From IMG/VR virus record IMGVR_UViG_3300035698_029580: 64,000 nucleotides of DNA. One strand, 5' to 3'. The notes below the pieces were generated by a model. It did not search any database, had not been told where the DNA came from, and saw only the letters and a program-made list of their open reading frames with translations. Position numbers and translations under genes: made by a program. This document shows positions 37,251 through 48,280 of this stretch, piece by piece; positions within the stretch are counted from its first letter, which is position 1, and each line of letters begins with the position of its first letter. The stretch is from a virus. Its lineage: Duplodnaviria > Caudoviricetes.

Positions 37251-38063
37251 ATGAAAAGTGATTTACTTGATTTATGGAAAAAATATAAGGAATTAAATGA
37301 TGTAGAACAGAAGAACCAATTGATAGAATATTATTTTCCGTTAGTACAAAAAATTTCATATAAGGTAGCTAAGAGAATTGGTTGGAAATTACAGCCGGAG
37401 GAATTAGCATCTTATGGAGTCGATGGACTATATTCAGCAATAGAAAAATTTGATTTAGATAGAGAGATCAAATTTGAGACATATGCTGGTGGAAGAATTT
37501 GGGGGGCAATGATAGATGAATTACGACGACAGGATCAGGTTCCAAGAACGGTTAGAATTAATACAACAAAATTTTTAAATAAAAAACATGAATTAGAATC
37601 TGCACAAGGTATATCTGTTTCTGATGATGAAGTAGCGGAGGCAATAGGATTAGATATTAAAGAATTTAATCTGTCTAATCGTAAATATAAAGCCGTAACT
37701 TTTTCTAGTTTAAATGCTGCTATTGCTAATGATGAAGAAATAAAAGAGTCTCTAAATATAAATATGATAGACGAGAAAGCTTGTCAGCCAGAAGGACATC
37801 TTCTTAGACGAGAATTTTTAAGTAAATTGGTTGGTAAAGATTTTACCAAACTTGAGAAAAAAATTATTTATTATTATTTTTATAAAAAATATACCATGGA
37901 AAATATAGCTCAAGTTGTTGGTCTTTCTGAATCTAGAATAAGCCAGGTATATAAAGATATTACAGAAAGATTACGAGATAAAATAAGAAGAAATCCAAAT
38001 TATTTTGACGAAGATATTTATAAAGTAATTTCATTATGTTCCATAAGAGAACCAATAATTTAG
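37251..38063 (+). CDS. RNA polymerase sigma factor, FliA/WhiG family
   Basis: GLYSAIEKFD..KFETYA..RIWGAMIDELR.QD.VPR; region 4 IAQVVGLSESRISQ. Confidence 0.9.
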   Translation: MKSDLLDLWKKYKELNDVEQKNQLIEYYFPLVQKISYKVAKRIGWKLQPEELASYGVDGLYSAIEKFDLDREIKFETYAGGRIWGAMIDELRRQDQVPRTVRINTTKFLNKKHELESAQGISVSDDEVAEAIGLDIKEFNLSNRKYKAVTFSSLNAAIANDEEIKESLNINMIDEKACQPEGHLLRREFLSKLVGKDFTKLEKKIIYYYFYKKYTMENIAQVVGLSESRISQVYKDITERLRDKIRRNPNYFDEDIYKVISLCSIREPII

Positions 38064-38070
38064 GAAAAAA

Positions 38071-39096
38071 ATGTTTTCACTAGAGTCTATTAGTGTTCTT
38101 GCTGAACAAGAAAATAAATATCTATCTTTTCCCGACATAATTGCAAGTCCCAAAGATAGGAACAAATACTTTATTGTTTTTAGAAGTGGAGATGAACATC
38201 ATCCTACAAAATCAACATTACACATATTATCATCAAATGATTGTTGCAAAACTTGGGAAAAAACAGATAGTCTAACATTACAATTGTCTACTAATGGTTA
38301 TGTTTGGAATTGTCCTCGTCTTAGTTTATTTGATGATGGAGATATTCATATGGTAGCTGATGTTAAAAGTAGTCAGTCTGAAGCTATTGCTAAATTTATG
38401 ATTGTACAAGCTGTAATTTCAGAAAAAGGAAAAATTGTACTTCCTAAAATTATGTTTTCTAATGGCATGGTACCCGATAAAATTGTTAAGTTTAAAAATA
38501 AATTATTTTGTGCTAATCATTACGTCTCATTATATCAAGTATTGTCTAGTGATGATAAAGAAAAGAAAAAAATAAAAACTCGTTATACTCAAGCTATTAA
38601 TTGGTCTGATAATAATGGTTTAACATGGACCAATAAAAGTATTATTCAACAGGGAACTCAAAATCTTTTTTGTGAAGCTTCTGTTGTAAATTGTGCTGAT
38701 AAATTTTTATTAGCTTTTGTAAGAAATAATAAATCTAGAATGGAATATATTGCCTGTTTTAGATCATATAACGGAACAAATTGGGACAGAATAACAGATG
38801 TTCCATATTTTGGGCATAGAATGGTAGCGTTTTGTGATAAAAATGAAATATTTGGTGTTTTTAGAGAAACTAATAAAATGGGACTTGCCCTGTATCACTC
38901 TAAATTAGATTTATATAATGATGAAGAATTTGATAAAGAAGTTTTTTATGTAGAAATGGAAGAACGAAAAAACTTGTATAATTTTGGTTATGCGGGACTT
39001 GTTCGATTAAATAAAAACTTATTCTATGTTACATATTATATACAGCAAGATAGGGCTAATCCTGTAATCAAAGGGGCATTTGTGAGATATGATTAA
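38071..39096 (+). CDS. sialidase-like BNR/Asp-box beta-propeller
   Basis: Asp-boxes SNDCCKTW, SDNNGLTW, SYNGTNW; FPD, CPRL, GYAG. Confidence 0.7.
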   Translation: MFSLESISVLAEQENKYLSFPDIIASPKDRNKYFIVFRSGDEHHPTKSTLHILSSNDCCKTWEKTDSLTLQLSTNGYVWNCPRLSLFDDGDIHMVADVKSSQSEAIAKFMIVQAVISEKGKIVLPKIMFSNGMVPDKIVKFKNKLFCANHYVSLYQVLSSDDKEKKKIKTRYTQAINWSDNNGLTWTNKSIIQQGTQNLFCEASVVNCADKFLLAFVRNNKSRMEYIACFRSYNGTNWDRITDVPYFGHRMVAFCDKNEIFGVFRETNKMGLALYHSKLDLYNDEEFDKEVFYVEMEERKNLYNFGYAGLVRLNKNLFYVTYYIQQDRANPVIKGAFVRYD

Positions 39097-39604
39097 AGTT
39101 ATACTGGGAGATATTCTTTATCCCAAGTCAGAAATTCTTGTATGTCCTTGTAATCTGTCTGGGACTGTTACCAAAGGTATTCCATCAATTATCTCTGGTG
39201 TGCTTGGTTCCGGAAGAAATCTAGTATTACAAATAAGAGAAATAACTAGCAGTAGAAAAGGAGAATTAAAAATTGGAGATTGTTTTTGGACAGAACCCTA
39301 TCGGATGAAAAGGAAAAGAGTAAAAAAAATTTGTCACACTATTGTAAGTGAAACACAAGAAGATTGTCCTTCTATACATATTGTAGAATCTTGTATGAAA
39401 ACTGTTCTTCAAGAAGCAAAAGGAAAAGGTAAAAGTATTGCATTTCCTCCATTGATAGAAAGATGCTTAGATAAATTTTCTCTTGCTAAAAGAATGGTAT
39501 TATCTTGTGAAAATTTTTCTGATATACTTGATATCAAGATTATATCAGATGATAAAGAATTTGTTAAGTACGCTCAAAAAAGTTTAAAGATTGAAATGGA
39601 ATAA
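39089..39604 (+). CDS. macrodomain protein (divergent)
   Basis: IKVILGDI, LVCPCN..G, ICHT, KSIAFP. Confidence 0.7.
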   Translation: MIKVILGDILYPKSEILVCPCNLSGTVTKGIPSIISGVLGSGRNLVLQIREITSSRKGELKIGDCFWTEPYRMKRKRVKKICHTIVSETQEDCPSIHIVESCMKTVLQEAKGKGKSIAFPPLIERCLDKFSLAKRMVLSCENFSDILDIKIISDDKEFVKYAQKSLKIEME

Positions 39605-39607
39605 AAT

Positions 39608-40198
39608 ATGTCGTTGCGAAAACCAGCTTTGATTCTTAATAAAACATGGACACCCATTCGTATAAAAGATCTTAGATCTGTTATTAAGTTAGTATTTAAG
39701 GACAGGGCATCTATAGTAGATCCAAAAGATTATTCTGTTTATAATTGGGAACAATGGATAAAGTTACGTGTTGTTGATATCGAGAATATAATTATGACAA
39801 CGCGTGGACCTATAAGATCTCCACAAATTCTTATACTTTCTTATTACGATAAGGTTCCTAATTATTCTTTAAGACTGACAAAACGTAATTTATTATTAAG
39901 AGATGACCATAAGTGCCAATATACGGGAAAAAAATTGAAAATTTTTGAATTAGACATAGACCATGTCGTTCCTAAATCAAGAGGTGGAAAAACTAGATGG
40001 GATAATTTGGTAACATGTTCTATAAAAGCAAATAGAAAAAAATCAAATAGAACTCCAGAAGAAGCTGGTTTAGAATTAATTACTAAACCTAAGAAACCAG
40101 TTGGTAACTTTTTCTGTGTAAATAGTAGGGAAGATATAGCAGATTGTTGGAGTAAATTTATTGATATAAATAGAATTAAAGTGTACAAACAAAAATAA
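39608..40198 (+). CDS. HNH endonuclease family protein
   Basis: LLRDDHKCQYTG..DIDHVVPKSRGG..WDNLV..N..K. Confidence 0.9.
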   Translation: MSLRKPALILNKTWTPIRIKDLRSVIKLVFKDRASIVDPKDYSVYNWEQWIKLRVVDIENIIMTTRGPIRSPQILILSYYDKVPNYSLRLTKRNLLLRDDHKCQYTGKKLKIFELDIDHVVPKSRGGKTRWDNLVTCSIKANRKKSNRTPEEAGLELITKPKKPVGNFFCVNSREDIADCWSKFIDINRIKVYKQK

Positions 40199-40204
40199 AA
40201 TTTA

Positions 40205-40918
40205 GTGAAAAAAAATAAGAATAAAAGTAAAATAAAACATAAATCTGTAGGACAAGCTGTAAAGCCAGTAAAAGAATGGGCTAATAGATTAAAAAATATT
40301 CCCTGTTTTATCGTGGGCAACGGTACTTCTTTAGACAAAGAACTGCCATATGATACAGCAAATAAACTAGAACCCTATTTTACCATAGGCATTAATAGAG
40401 CCTTTCTTCGTATAGAAACAACTGTGTTAATCTGGCAAGATATGTCCCTCTGGTTCCAAGAGAGAAAAAAAGTATCTAAATTAAAATCTATACTTTTAGC
40501 CAGAGATAGGGCAGATCCGGAAAATTTTGCATTTCATTTTCGTTTGGCAGGAAGAGAATATAAACTTGTCAACGATCCCACTACACTTTATGGTAGAGGT
40601 AGTTCAGGTGCTTTAGCATTTCAATTAGCCTATTCTTTTGGGTGTGATCCAATTATTTTATTGGGTATGGACTGTAAATATTTTGGCAATAAAACAAATT
40701 TTTATGGGAATAATTCAGGACATAATCATTCAACTCTACCCAATTGTCTTAAAGGCTTAAAATGGGTAAGAGATTGTAAAAGTAAAAGAAAAATTATAAA
40801 TTGTTCTGATAACGATGTTTTTAAAGAACGTCATCATTTAGATGATATTTTAAAAAAAATAAAAGATTTAGGATCTTGGTCACAAGTAGAGTTAAAAAAG
40901 ATGCTGTTGTATGGTTAA
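40205..40918 (+). CDS. DUF115/MptE-like (Maf/sialyltransferase-related) protein
   Basis: CFIVGNGTSL, TIGINR, ALAFQLAY.FGC.PIILLGMD. Confidence 0.7.
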   Translation: MKKNKNKSKIKHKSVGQAVKPVKEWANRLKNIPCFIVGNGTSLDKELPYDTANKLEPYFTIGINRAFLRIETTVLIWQDMSLWFQERKKVSKLKSILLARDRADPENFAFHFRLAGREYKLVNDPTTLYGRGSSGALAFQLAYSFGCDPIILLGMDCKYFGNKTNFYGNNSGHNHSTLPNCLKGLKWVRDCKSKRKIINCSDNDVFKERHHLDDILKKIKDLGSWSQVELKKMLLYG

Positions 40919-41004
40919 ATGCCGTTGTAAAAAACTTTTTAAAAATCTGAAGGATTAATTTTGCACCAAGACAAAGTTTATAAGAGACAATTAACCTTTA
41001 AAAA

Positions 41005-43461
41005 GTGGAGAGTGCAATGGCGGATATTGAACCAGTGGAATATACTTATGATCAAGTTTTTGAAGCATCATTAGAATATTTTAAGGGGGATGAATTAGCT
41101 GCTAAAGTTTTTGTAGATAAATATGCTTTAAGAGACAAAGAGGGGAATATTTTAGAAAAAACTCCTGAAGATATGCATAGGAGAATTGCTAAAGAAATAG
41201 CTAAAGTTGAAAAAAACAAGTTTAAAAAACCCTATACAGAAGAAGAAATTTATTATTATCTCAAAGATTTTAAATATATCGTTCCACAAGGAAGTAGTTT
41301 AAGTGGAATAGGGAATAATTCTCAATTTGTTAGTTTAAGTAATTGTTTCGTGGTTTCATCTCCTTTAGATAGTTATTCTTCTATTTGCAAGACAGATGAG
41401 CAAATAGTGAGCATAAGTAAGCGTAGAGGAGGAGTCGGGCTGGATGTTTCTAATCTAAGACCTGTCGGTACGTCCACTTCAAATGCTGCTAGATCTTCCA
41501 CAGGAATTGTTTCTTTTTGTAAAAGATATTCTAATACTATTAGAGAAGTCGGTCAGGCGGGCCGTCGAGGGGCATTAATATTGACAATTTCTGTTCATCA
41601 TCCACAAATTTTAGATTTTGTAGAAATGAAAAGGGATTTAACCAAGGTTACGGGAGCCAATATATCTGTTCGTTTAACAAATGAATTTCTTAATGCAGTA
41701 CATAATAATGAAGAATATGAGCAAAAATGGCCAGTAGATTCAGATAGTCCAAAAATATCTCAAATGGTTGATGCAAAAATAATTTGGGATAAGATTATAG
41801 AAAATGCGTGGTCTTTTGCAGAACCCGGTTTATTATTCTGGAATAATATTATCGATGAAAGTCCTGCTGATTGTTATTCTGATTTAGGGTTCAAAACCAT
41901 TTCGACGAATCCCTGTTCAGAATTACCGTTAAGTGGATTTGATTCTTGTCGTCTTCTCTTGTTAAATTTATATAGTTATGTGGATTTTCCATTTACTTCT
42001 AAAGCAAAATTCAATTTTGATAAGTTTTGTAGACATGCTAAAGTAGCTCAAAGATTTATGGATGATATAGTTGATTTAGAACTAATATCAATAAAAAAGA
42101 TTATAAAAAAAATAGAAAACGATCCAGAACCAATGGAAATCAAAAGAGATGAACTTCAATTGTGGAAAAATATTCACAAGTATTGCAAACAGGGTAGAAG
42201 AACTGGAACTGGGGTAAATGCAGTAGGAGATGTTTTAGCATCTTGTAATATAAAATATGGCTCTCCAAAGAGTATTAAATTTTTAGATGAAGTGTTTAGA
42301 ACTTTAAAGTTGGCTTGTTATCGTTCATCAGTTGATATGTCTAAAGAAATTGGAGCATTTGAAGTATATAATTATGACTTAGAAAAAAATAATTGTTTTT
42401 TGTCTCGTATAAAAGATGAAGATAAAAAATTGTGGAAAGATATGAAAAAATATGGAAGAAGAAATATTGCATTATTAACTTTAGCTCCTTCTGGAAGTGT
42501 TAGTATTTTAACACAAACAACATCAGGTATAGAACCTTTGTTTCAAATGTCCTATAAAAGGCGTAAAAAAATAAATAATGAATTAAATGCAAAAGTAGAT
42601 TTTGTAGATGATAGTGGAGATAAATGGCAAGAATTTGAAGTTTTACATCCTAAAATAAAAGAATGGGAAGAAGTCTCTGGCAAAAATGATATTACATTGT
42701 CTCCATGGCATGGATGTTGTGCTTCAGATATTGATTGGAAGTCTAGAGTTGAACTACAGGCTGTTGTAAATAAACACATAGATCATTCAATATCGAGTAC
42801 TATAAATTTGCCTCAAGAAGCAACTTTAGAAGATGTATCAACCATTTATAAAACAGCTTGGAAAAGCGGTTGCAAAGGAGTAACCGTATATAGAGATGGT
42901 TGTCGTTCAGGAGTTTTAATTTCTGAAAAAAAATCTAATGAATGTCAAATTAAAAAAACCACTTGTCCTAAAAGACCAAAAACCCTTCCTTGCGATATTC
43001 ACCATACTTCAGTAAAAGGAGAAGAATATTTTGTTATAGTTGGTCTTTTAAACAATGAACCATATGAAGTTTTTGCTGGAAAAAATGGACAGGTTATTAA
43101 ACGAGGCAATACCAAAGGGTTCACAACAAAAGTAAAAAGAGGCCAATATCAAGTAGAAATGGAAAATGGTGTTGTCTTCGAAGATATTAATCAATTTATT
43201 AGTGATGACCAGGAAAGTATTACACGATTAATATCTACTGCATTGAGACACGGATCTGATATACAATTTATTGTACATCAAATTGAAAAGACAAAGGGAG
43301 ACATGATGAGTTTTGGCAAGGCTATTGCCAGAACATTAAAAAAATATATAAAAGACGGTTCTAAGGTAACTGGGGAAGAATGTCCAAATTGCAAAAATAG
43401 TGATTTAAGACGAGCTGAAGGCTGTATAAGCTGTACTTGCGGCTGGACCAAATGTGCTTAA
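41005..43461 (+). CDS. nrdJ: class II (B12-dependent) ribonucleotide reductase
   Basis: SNCF, GGVG, TNPCSE, RRTGTG, APSGS, KGVTVYRDG, C-terminal Zn ribbon; no beta subunit nearby. Confidence 0.9.
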   Translation: MESAMADIEPVEYTYDQVFEASLEYFKGDELAAKVFVDKYALRDKEGNILEKTPEDMHRRIAKEIAKVEKNKFKKPYTEEEIYYYLKDFKYIVPQGSSLSGIGNNSQFVSLSNCFVVSSPLDSYSSICKTDEQIVSISKRRGGVGLDVSNLRPVGTSTSNAARSSTGIVSFCKRYSNTIREVGQAGRRGALILTISVHHPQILDFVEMKRDLTKVTGANISVRLTNEFLNAVHNNEEYEQKWPVDSDSPKISQMVDAKIIWDKIIENAWSFAEPGLLFWNNIIDESPADCYSDLGFKTISTNPCSELPLSGFDSCRLLLLNLYSYVDFPFTSKAKFNFDKFCRHAKVAQRFMDDIVDLELISIKKIIKKIENDPEPMEIKRDELQLWKNIHKYCKQGRRTGTGVNAVGDVLASCNIKYGSPKSIKFLDEVFRTLKLACYRSSVDMSKEIGAFEVYNYDLEKNNCFLSRIKDEDKKLWKDMKKYGRRNIALLTLAPSGSVSILTQTTSGIEPLFQMSYKRRKKINNELNAKVDFVDDSGDKWQEFEVLHPKIKEWEEVSGKNDITLSPWHGCCASDIDWKSRVELQAVVNKHIDHSISSTINLPQEATLEDVSTIYKTAWKSGCKGVTVYRDGCRSGVLISEKKSNECQIKKTTCPKRPKTLPCDIHHTSVKGEEYFVIVGLLNNEPYEVFAGKNGQVIKRGNTKGFTTKVKRGQYQVEMENGVVFEDINQFISDDQESITRLISTALRHGSDIQFIVHQIEKTKGDMMSFGKAIARTLKKYIKDGSKVTGEECPNCKNSDLRRAEGCISCTCGWTKCA

Positions 43462-43481
43462 TTTTTAAAGAAAGGAAAAAA

Positions 43482-44009
43482 ATGAGTAAAAATGATGTCT
43501 GTTGTGGAAGTTTAGGAAATGAATTTGAAATTTCTAAAGTAGTTACAATTAAATTCAAAAAATTGAGTAAAGATGCTATTATTCCACAATATCAAAAAGA
43601 GGGAGATGCTGGTTTTGATTTCCATGCAGTAATAGATAATAAAGATTATGTTACAGGTGAAAAAGAAATTTGTATTGCTTCTAAAGAACAGAAAATTGTA
43701 CGAACTGGATTAGCTATGTCTATTCCAAAAGGATATGAATTACAAATAAGACCTAGAAGTGGATTGGCTGCAAAACATGCAATTACAATTACCAATAGTC
43801 CAGGAACTATAGATAGTTTTTTCAGGTGCGAAATAAAAATTATAATTTATAATATGGGATCAGAAGAATTTAAAATATGCCAAGGAGATAGAATAGCCCA
43901 AGGAGTTTTAAATAAACTTCCCTTAGCAGTAATAGAAGAAATAGAAGATTTTTCTCAAGAAGATAATGAAAATGATAGAGGAGGAGGATTTGGTTCTACA
44001 GGAAAATAA
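43482..44009 (+). CDS. dut: trimeric dUTPase
   Basis: AGFD, RPRSGLA, PGTID, DRIAQ, RGGGFGSTG. Confidence 0.95.
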   Translation: MSKNDVCCGSLGNEFEISKVVTIKFKKLSKDAIIPQYQKEGDAGFDFHAVIDNKDYVTGEKEICIASKEQKIVRTGLAMSIPKGYELQIRPRSGLAAKHAITITNSPGTIDSFFRCEIKIIIYNMGSEEFKICQGDRIAQGVLNKLPLAVIEEIEDFSQEDNENDRGGGFGSTGK

Positions 44010-44039
44010 AAATATTATAATTTAAAAAACATTATTTAT

Positions 44040-44065
44040 AGCCCATGGCTTCCTTGGGCTTTTTT
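44040..44065 (+). terminator. rho-independent terminator
   Basis: AGCCCATGG-CTTC-CTTGGGCT hairpin then T-run after dut. Confidence 0.75.
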
Positions 44066-44071
44066 AATTAT

Positions 44072-44100
44072 AAGGATTTTTTTATTTTTTATCGAATATA
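44072..44100 (+). promoter_or_regulatory. putative late promoter AAGGA-N18-AATATA
   Basis: Directly after terminator, 8 nt before ATG 44109. Confidence 0.55.
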
Positions 44101-44108
44101 TAGTATAT

Positions 44109-45866
44109 ATGTCAATTAATTCAAATAATGTTGTGTTCGTTTATCGAGCCGGAGACTCAAATAGTCTAGAGGTGGCTAGGCACTATCAAAATCTTCATGA
44201 TCTAGATGATAGACAATTAATTTCAGTTCCTTGCTCCGATACTGAAATACTTGATAATGAAACTCAGTTTAATTCTGAGGTTCTTAATCCTCTGGATGAA
44301 GCTCTTTATGGTACTTCTTCTCAATTAATAAATGATGAATATGGTAGTTTCTTAAATATTTGGGTTATTGTATTAGGATATAATGTTCCAGGAGGATTTT
44401 ATGATGATTTTGATATAGTTTCTTCTACTTCTCGTATTTCTAGAATTAATTATAATTTTTCCAAAAAAGTAAGAAATGATTTATATGACAGAAAAGTATT
44501 CAAGAGATTTGATGCAGAAGATGCTGAAAAATGTTTAATTGTATCGAGAATTGATGCTCCAACAGCAGCATTAGCTAAAGAAATAATAGATAATGCTGAG
44601 ATGGTAATTAAACAAAGATATGTTAATGGAAAATTATTCTTTGATCCTTATTCTGATATTTCTGGAGTTGATGCAGAAAATTATACTCAATTAATGTTAG
44701 ATTTTTTTGAAAAAGTTTTTCCTAGTTTAAATATAGAATATTTTTCTACTGTTTATTTAGATCCATATATAGATTCTGTTCTTCCTTATGCTTTAGATGA
44801 TTCATTTGTTTGGTCTTGGTTTTCTGATCGTGGTTCTTCAGATTTTTTCAGAAATTCAGTGACATCTCGTATATTTCATTATAATGCTGATTATGATGGA
44901 GCATTTACGGTTAGAGATTTATTATGGAGAGGTTGGCCTCGTTTGGCTTTAGAATCTGGTTATACCAATTGTGCAGGTTCTATGTCAATGCCAGGTATAG
45001 ATGCTTTTTTAAATCCTAAATCTATGTTTGTTAATCTTTATCGTGGAGCCACCATAGGAGAAGCTTTTTTAGTTAGTATGCCTTATTTTGATTGGACTGT
45101 TACTTTTTTTGGAGATCCATTAATACAAATAGAATTTCCTGTAACTTTAGCTATTGATGATTCTGAAATTGAAGAAAACGAAGATTATAAAAGAATGTCA
45201 GAAAAGTTGGCTCGTTCATTGGCATATTATGATTTTAAAAGGATAAAATTTGAAGAAATTAGAGATAGTATAATAGATTCAGTAGATGTGGAAGCATCTG
45301 TGGACTTATTGGCTCCAGTTATGAAATTATATCTTTCATGTGATACTTCTAAACAAAATCAATTATTTGAAAAAGTTGTGCAAAGATTTTTTGAGTATCC
45401 GATAGTACGTTTTCAATCTACTGTAAATGATTATCTTACACAGAAAGATTATAAATTAAGTGAATTAATAACAAATACACTAAAAGAAGAAAATATTGTA
45501 TCTTCTTCAAATATTTTGCCGGAAGGTTATTGGAAATTTGAATCTGATATTTATGATGATGCTGGTGTGTTTTCTTTTTATCATTTTGAACTTCAAATTT
45601 CTGAACAAGAAAATTTTTCTAGTATATTATTTACGATGAATAGTAGTAGTGATCAAGATAATTGGTATTATGAAAAAGACAAGAATGAGTTTACTCCAAT
45701 TGCCAAACTTGGGGTTCCCTCTAGTTTTGTTGGTAGAAGAGTTAGGTATACCAGTCCAATTTTAGAATATATGGATAGATCAACAATATACTATTGTCGT
45801 ATAAGACAACTTGCAAATAACCAAGAATATCAATTTAGACCAAATAGAGATATTATTTACTCATGA
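44109..45866 (+). CDS. TIGR03790-like protein with C-terminal beta domain
   Basis: VVFVY..DSNSLEVARHY, IVSRIDAP, GATIGEAF...W....GDPL. Confidence 0.65.
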   Translation: MSINSNNVVFVYRAGDSNSLEVARHYQNLHDLDDRQLISVPCSDTEILDNETQFNSEVLNPLDEALYGTSSQLINDEYGSFLNIWVIVLGYNVPGGFYDDFDIVSSTSRISRINYNFSKKVRNDLYDRKVFKRFDAEDAEKCLIVSRIDAPTAALAKEIIDNAEMVIKQRYVNGKLFFDPYSDISGVDAENYTQLMLDFFEKVFPSLNIEYFSTVYLDPYIDSVLPYALDDSFVWSWFSDRGSSDFFRNSVTSRIFHYNADYDGAFTVRDLLWRGWPRLALESGYTNCAGSMSMPGIDAFLNPKSMFVNLYRGATIGEAFLVSMPYFDWTVTFFGDPLIQIEFPVTLAIDDSEIEENEDYKRMSEKLARSLAYYDFKRIKFEEIRDSIIDSVDVEASVDLLAPVMKLYLSCDTSKQNQLFEKVVQRFFEYPIVRFQSTVNDYLTQKDYKLSELITNTLKEENIVSSSNILPEGYWKFESDIYDDAGVFSFYHFELQISEQENFSSILFTMNSSSDQDNWYYEKDKNEFTPIAKLGVPSSFVGRRVRYTSPILEYMDRSTIYYCRIRQLANNQEYQFRPNRDIIYS

Positions 45867-46267
45867 TTACTATAGCAACCTATCAATCAATTGCAGATGA
45901 TTTAGCGATTGCCCAAGATGAGGGACTTTTAATTAAAGCATATTTAGGAGAAATGCAAACTACCCTAGAAGCTTCTGAGGTTCCATCTACTGAGAGTGCC
46001 AAAGATAATCTAAGTTCTGAAATTAATAATACTTATAATAAGGCAAATATCTACCATAATGATATAAATCCTGAAGTAATCAGGTTTGTAACAAGTCTTC
46101 AAAGTCATGTATTAAAATATTATAACTCTGTAGATGATTATTTAGAAGCAACAGGAATTAGGGTTTATTGTACTTTTGCTCGTATTTCATTAGCAGCTAG
46201 TTTTCCAATAAGTTTGGACTATATAATAGATGCTGAATATTGTGATTTAAATATTTTTGGTGATTAA
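45863..46267 (+). CDS. hypothetical protein
   Basis: 134-aa ORF upstream of terminase. Confidence 0.65.
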   Translation: MITIATYQSIADDLAIAQDEGLLIKAYLGEMQTTLEASEVPSTESAKDNLSSEINNTYNKANIYHNDINPEVIRFVTSLQSHVLKYYNSVDDYLEATGIRVYCTFARISLAASFPISLDYIIDAEYCDLNIFGD

Positions 46268-46292
46268 ATAATAATGGACAAATAATAACAAA

Positions 46293-48209
46293 ATGGCATT
46301 AACCCCAAAACATGCAAAATCTTTAGCATCTGCTCTTTCTGATTTAAAACAACAGATTACTATTTCTAATTCTGGAACAAAAGAAATACCTGATATAGTT
46401 ACGTTTTGTGAAGATCCAGAATGGTTAGGATTGGCTAATCACCCAACCAATCCCATTTCTTTATATCGAGTGCAAAAATTAGTACTTAAGGCTTTTTATA
46501 GGGGAAGCATAGGAAATGAAAAGTTAACATTAACTGAAGAAGAAATAGAAATGTGCAACAAGTTAGGATTAACAAATGATGACAAAGGTAATTTGTTAGA
46601 AAAATATAAAAGTGGAGAGTTATTCAACGAATTAATTTTAGTTTGGGGAAGACGTTCTGGTAAAGATTTTTGTGTTGGTATTATTGCTTTATATGAAGCC
46701 ATGAAAATATTGGAGTGTCCTGGGGGAGATCCATATTCACTTTATGAAATATCTTCGGCAAACTCAATAAATATTTTGACAGTGGCAAATTCCGGTAAAC
46801 AGGCACAATTAGCGTTCCAAGAGATTAAAGATAAAATTTTATATAGTCCATATTTCAGGGATAAATATTTAAAAGAGGGCATTACGTCTTCTTCTATCTA
46901 TTTACTTACTCCTCAAGATAAGGAAGATAATAAAAATTTTAAAAATAAAGGTTTACCTTTAAAAAAGGGCAGTGTTTGTGTGGTGGTGGGACATAGTAAC
47001 TCAGATACTCTTTTAGGAATGGGTTGTATTGTTCTTATCCTTGATGAGATGGCGTCATACAAAACTACTGGAGGTGCTTCTTCCGGAGATAGAATTTATG
47101 CTGCTCTTACCCCAACATTAAGTACTTATTGTCGAAAAACTTATGAGATTGATGAAAATGGAGAATTTGTTAGAGAAGAAAATGGACAAAGAATAGTAGC
47201 AAAAAGAGAATATGATGGCAAAGTCATTAGTATTTCCTCTCCTCGAGGTAAAGAAGGAAAATTTTATTCTTTATTTTCAAATTCTCATGAATCAAAACGT
47301 AGATTAGTTTGTCGTTTGGCCACATGGGAAGTTAACCCAACTCATACCAAGGAATCACTAAGGAATGAACATTTGGATATGAGTGAACAAGAATTTATGA
47401 TGGAGTTTGGTGCTGAATTTTCTGGTTTAGCTGGAGAATCATTCTTTTTAGAAGAACAAGTAGAAGATTGTTTTTATGGAAATATAGAAAATAAAGAACA
47501 CGGGCAGGCAGGATTTGTTTATTTCGTTCATTTAGACCCTGCCACATCGTCTCATAACTATGCTTTAGTGGTTGTCCATAAAGAACAATATATTGACAAA
47601 GAAAAAAATGAATCTGATTTTGTTGTTGTGGTAGATCATATAAAATGTTGGTATCCAACTAAGAATAATCCCATTAATCCTCTTGAAGTTGATAATTATG
47701 TATTAGGACTAAAGAGAAGATTTTATTTAGGAATGTTGACTTATGATCAGTGGAATGAACAGAGAGCAATTTTAAAATTAAAAAATGCTGGAATTCCCAA
47801 TAAAAAAACACAATTTAGTAACAGATATAAAAATATGATTTATGGAGAATTAGAACAATTAGTTATGACCCGTAGATTAATTATTCCTCATCATCATCTA
47901 TTAAAACAGGAAATGTTAGAATTACAAAGAAAATTTACTGCAACAGGATTTAAAGTATATCCCAAAACTGATGGTGAAGGAGCAAAGAGCGATGATGTTT
48001 GCGACGCATTAGCGGGAGCTTGTTATATCGCAATTAACCATGAGATTAAAAAATTACCCCATGGAAGAACTGTGGAAATGCCTGCTTTTGCTAATAATCA
48101 GAATATTACTTGGAGAAGTATGCAGGGAACCCCTTATGGAGTAGGACCAGGACAAGTTGTAGCCAAACAACTTGAAAATAGAAGTAGTTGGCCTAAATAC
48201 AAGAGATAA
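46293..48209 (+). CDS. terL: terminase large subunit
   Basis: WGRRSGKD Walker A, ILDEMA Walker B, ISSP motif III, EFGAEF, nuclease HLDPA...DDVCDA. Confidence 0.9.
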   Translation: MALTPKHAKSLASALSDLKQQITISNSGTKEIPDIVTFCEDPEWLGLANHPTNPISLYRVQKLVLKAFYRGSIGNEKLTLTEEEIEMCNKLGLTNDDKGNLLEKYKSGELFNELILVWGRRSGKDFCVGIIALYEAMKILECPGGDPYSLYEISSANSINILTVANSGKQAQLAFQEIKDKILYSPYFRDKYLKEGITSSSIYLLTPQDKEDNKNFKNKGLPLKKGSVCVVVGHSNSDTLLGMGCIVLILDEMASYKTTGGASSGDRIYAALTPTLSTYCRKTYEIDENGEFVREENGQRIVAKREYDGKVISISSPRGKEGKFYSLFSNSHESKRRLVCRLATWEVNPTHTKESLRNEHLDMSEQEFMMEFGAEFSGLAGESFFLEEQVEDCFYGNIENKEHGQAGFVYFVHLDPATSSHNYALVVVHKEQYIDKEKNESDFVVVVDHIKCWYPTKNNPINPLEVDNYVLGLKRRFYLGMLTYDQWNEQRAILKLKNAGIPNKKTQFSNRYKNMIYGELEQLVMTRRLIIPHHHLLKQEMLELQRKFTATGFKVYPKTDGEGAKSDDVCDALAGACYIAINHEIKKLPHGRTVEMPAFANNQNITWRSMQGTPYGVGPGQVVAKQLENRSSWPKYKR

Positions 48210-48280
48210 AAGAGGAAATCTTAAAAAAATATAAAAATAAAACAAGAGAAATATGTAATTTTTATTTATAGGAAAGAAAC

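Noticed and set aside
39608-40198. HNH gene as an intron- or intein-associated homing element
   Set aside because: Free-standing between intact genes; no intein or intron seen in nrdJ, ligA or terL.
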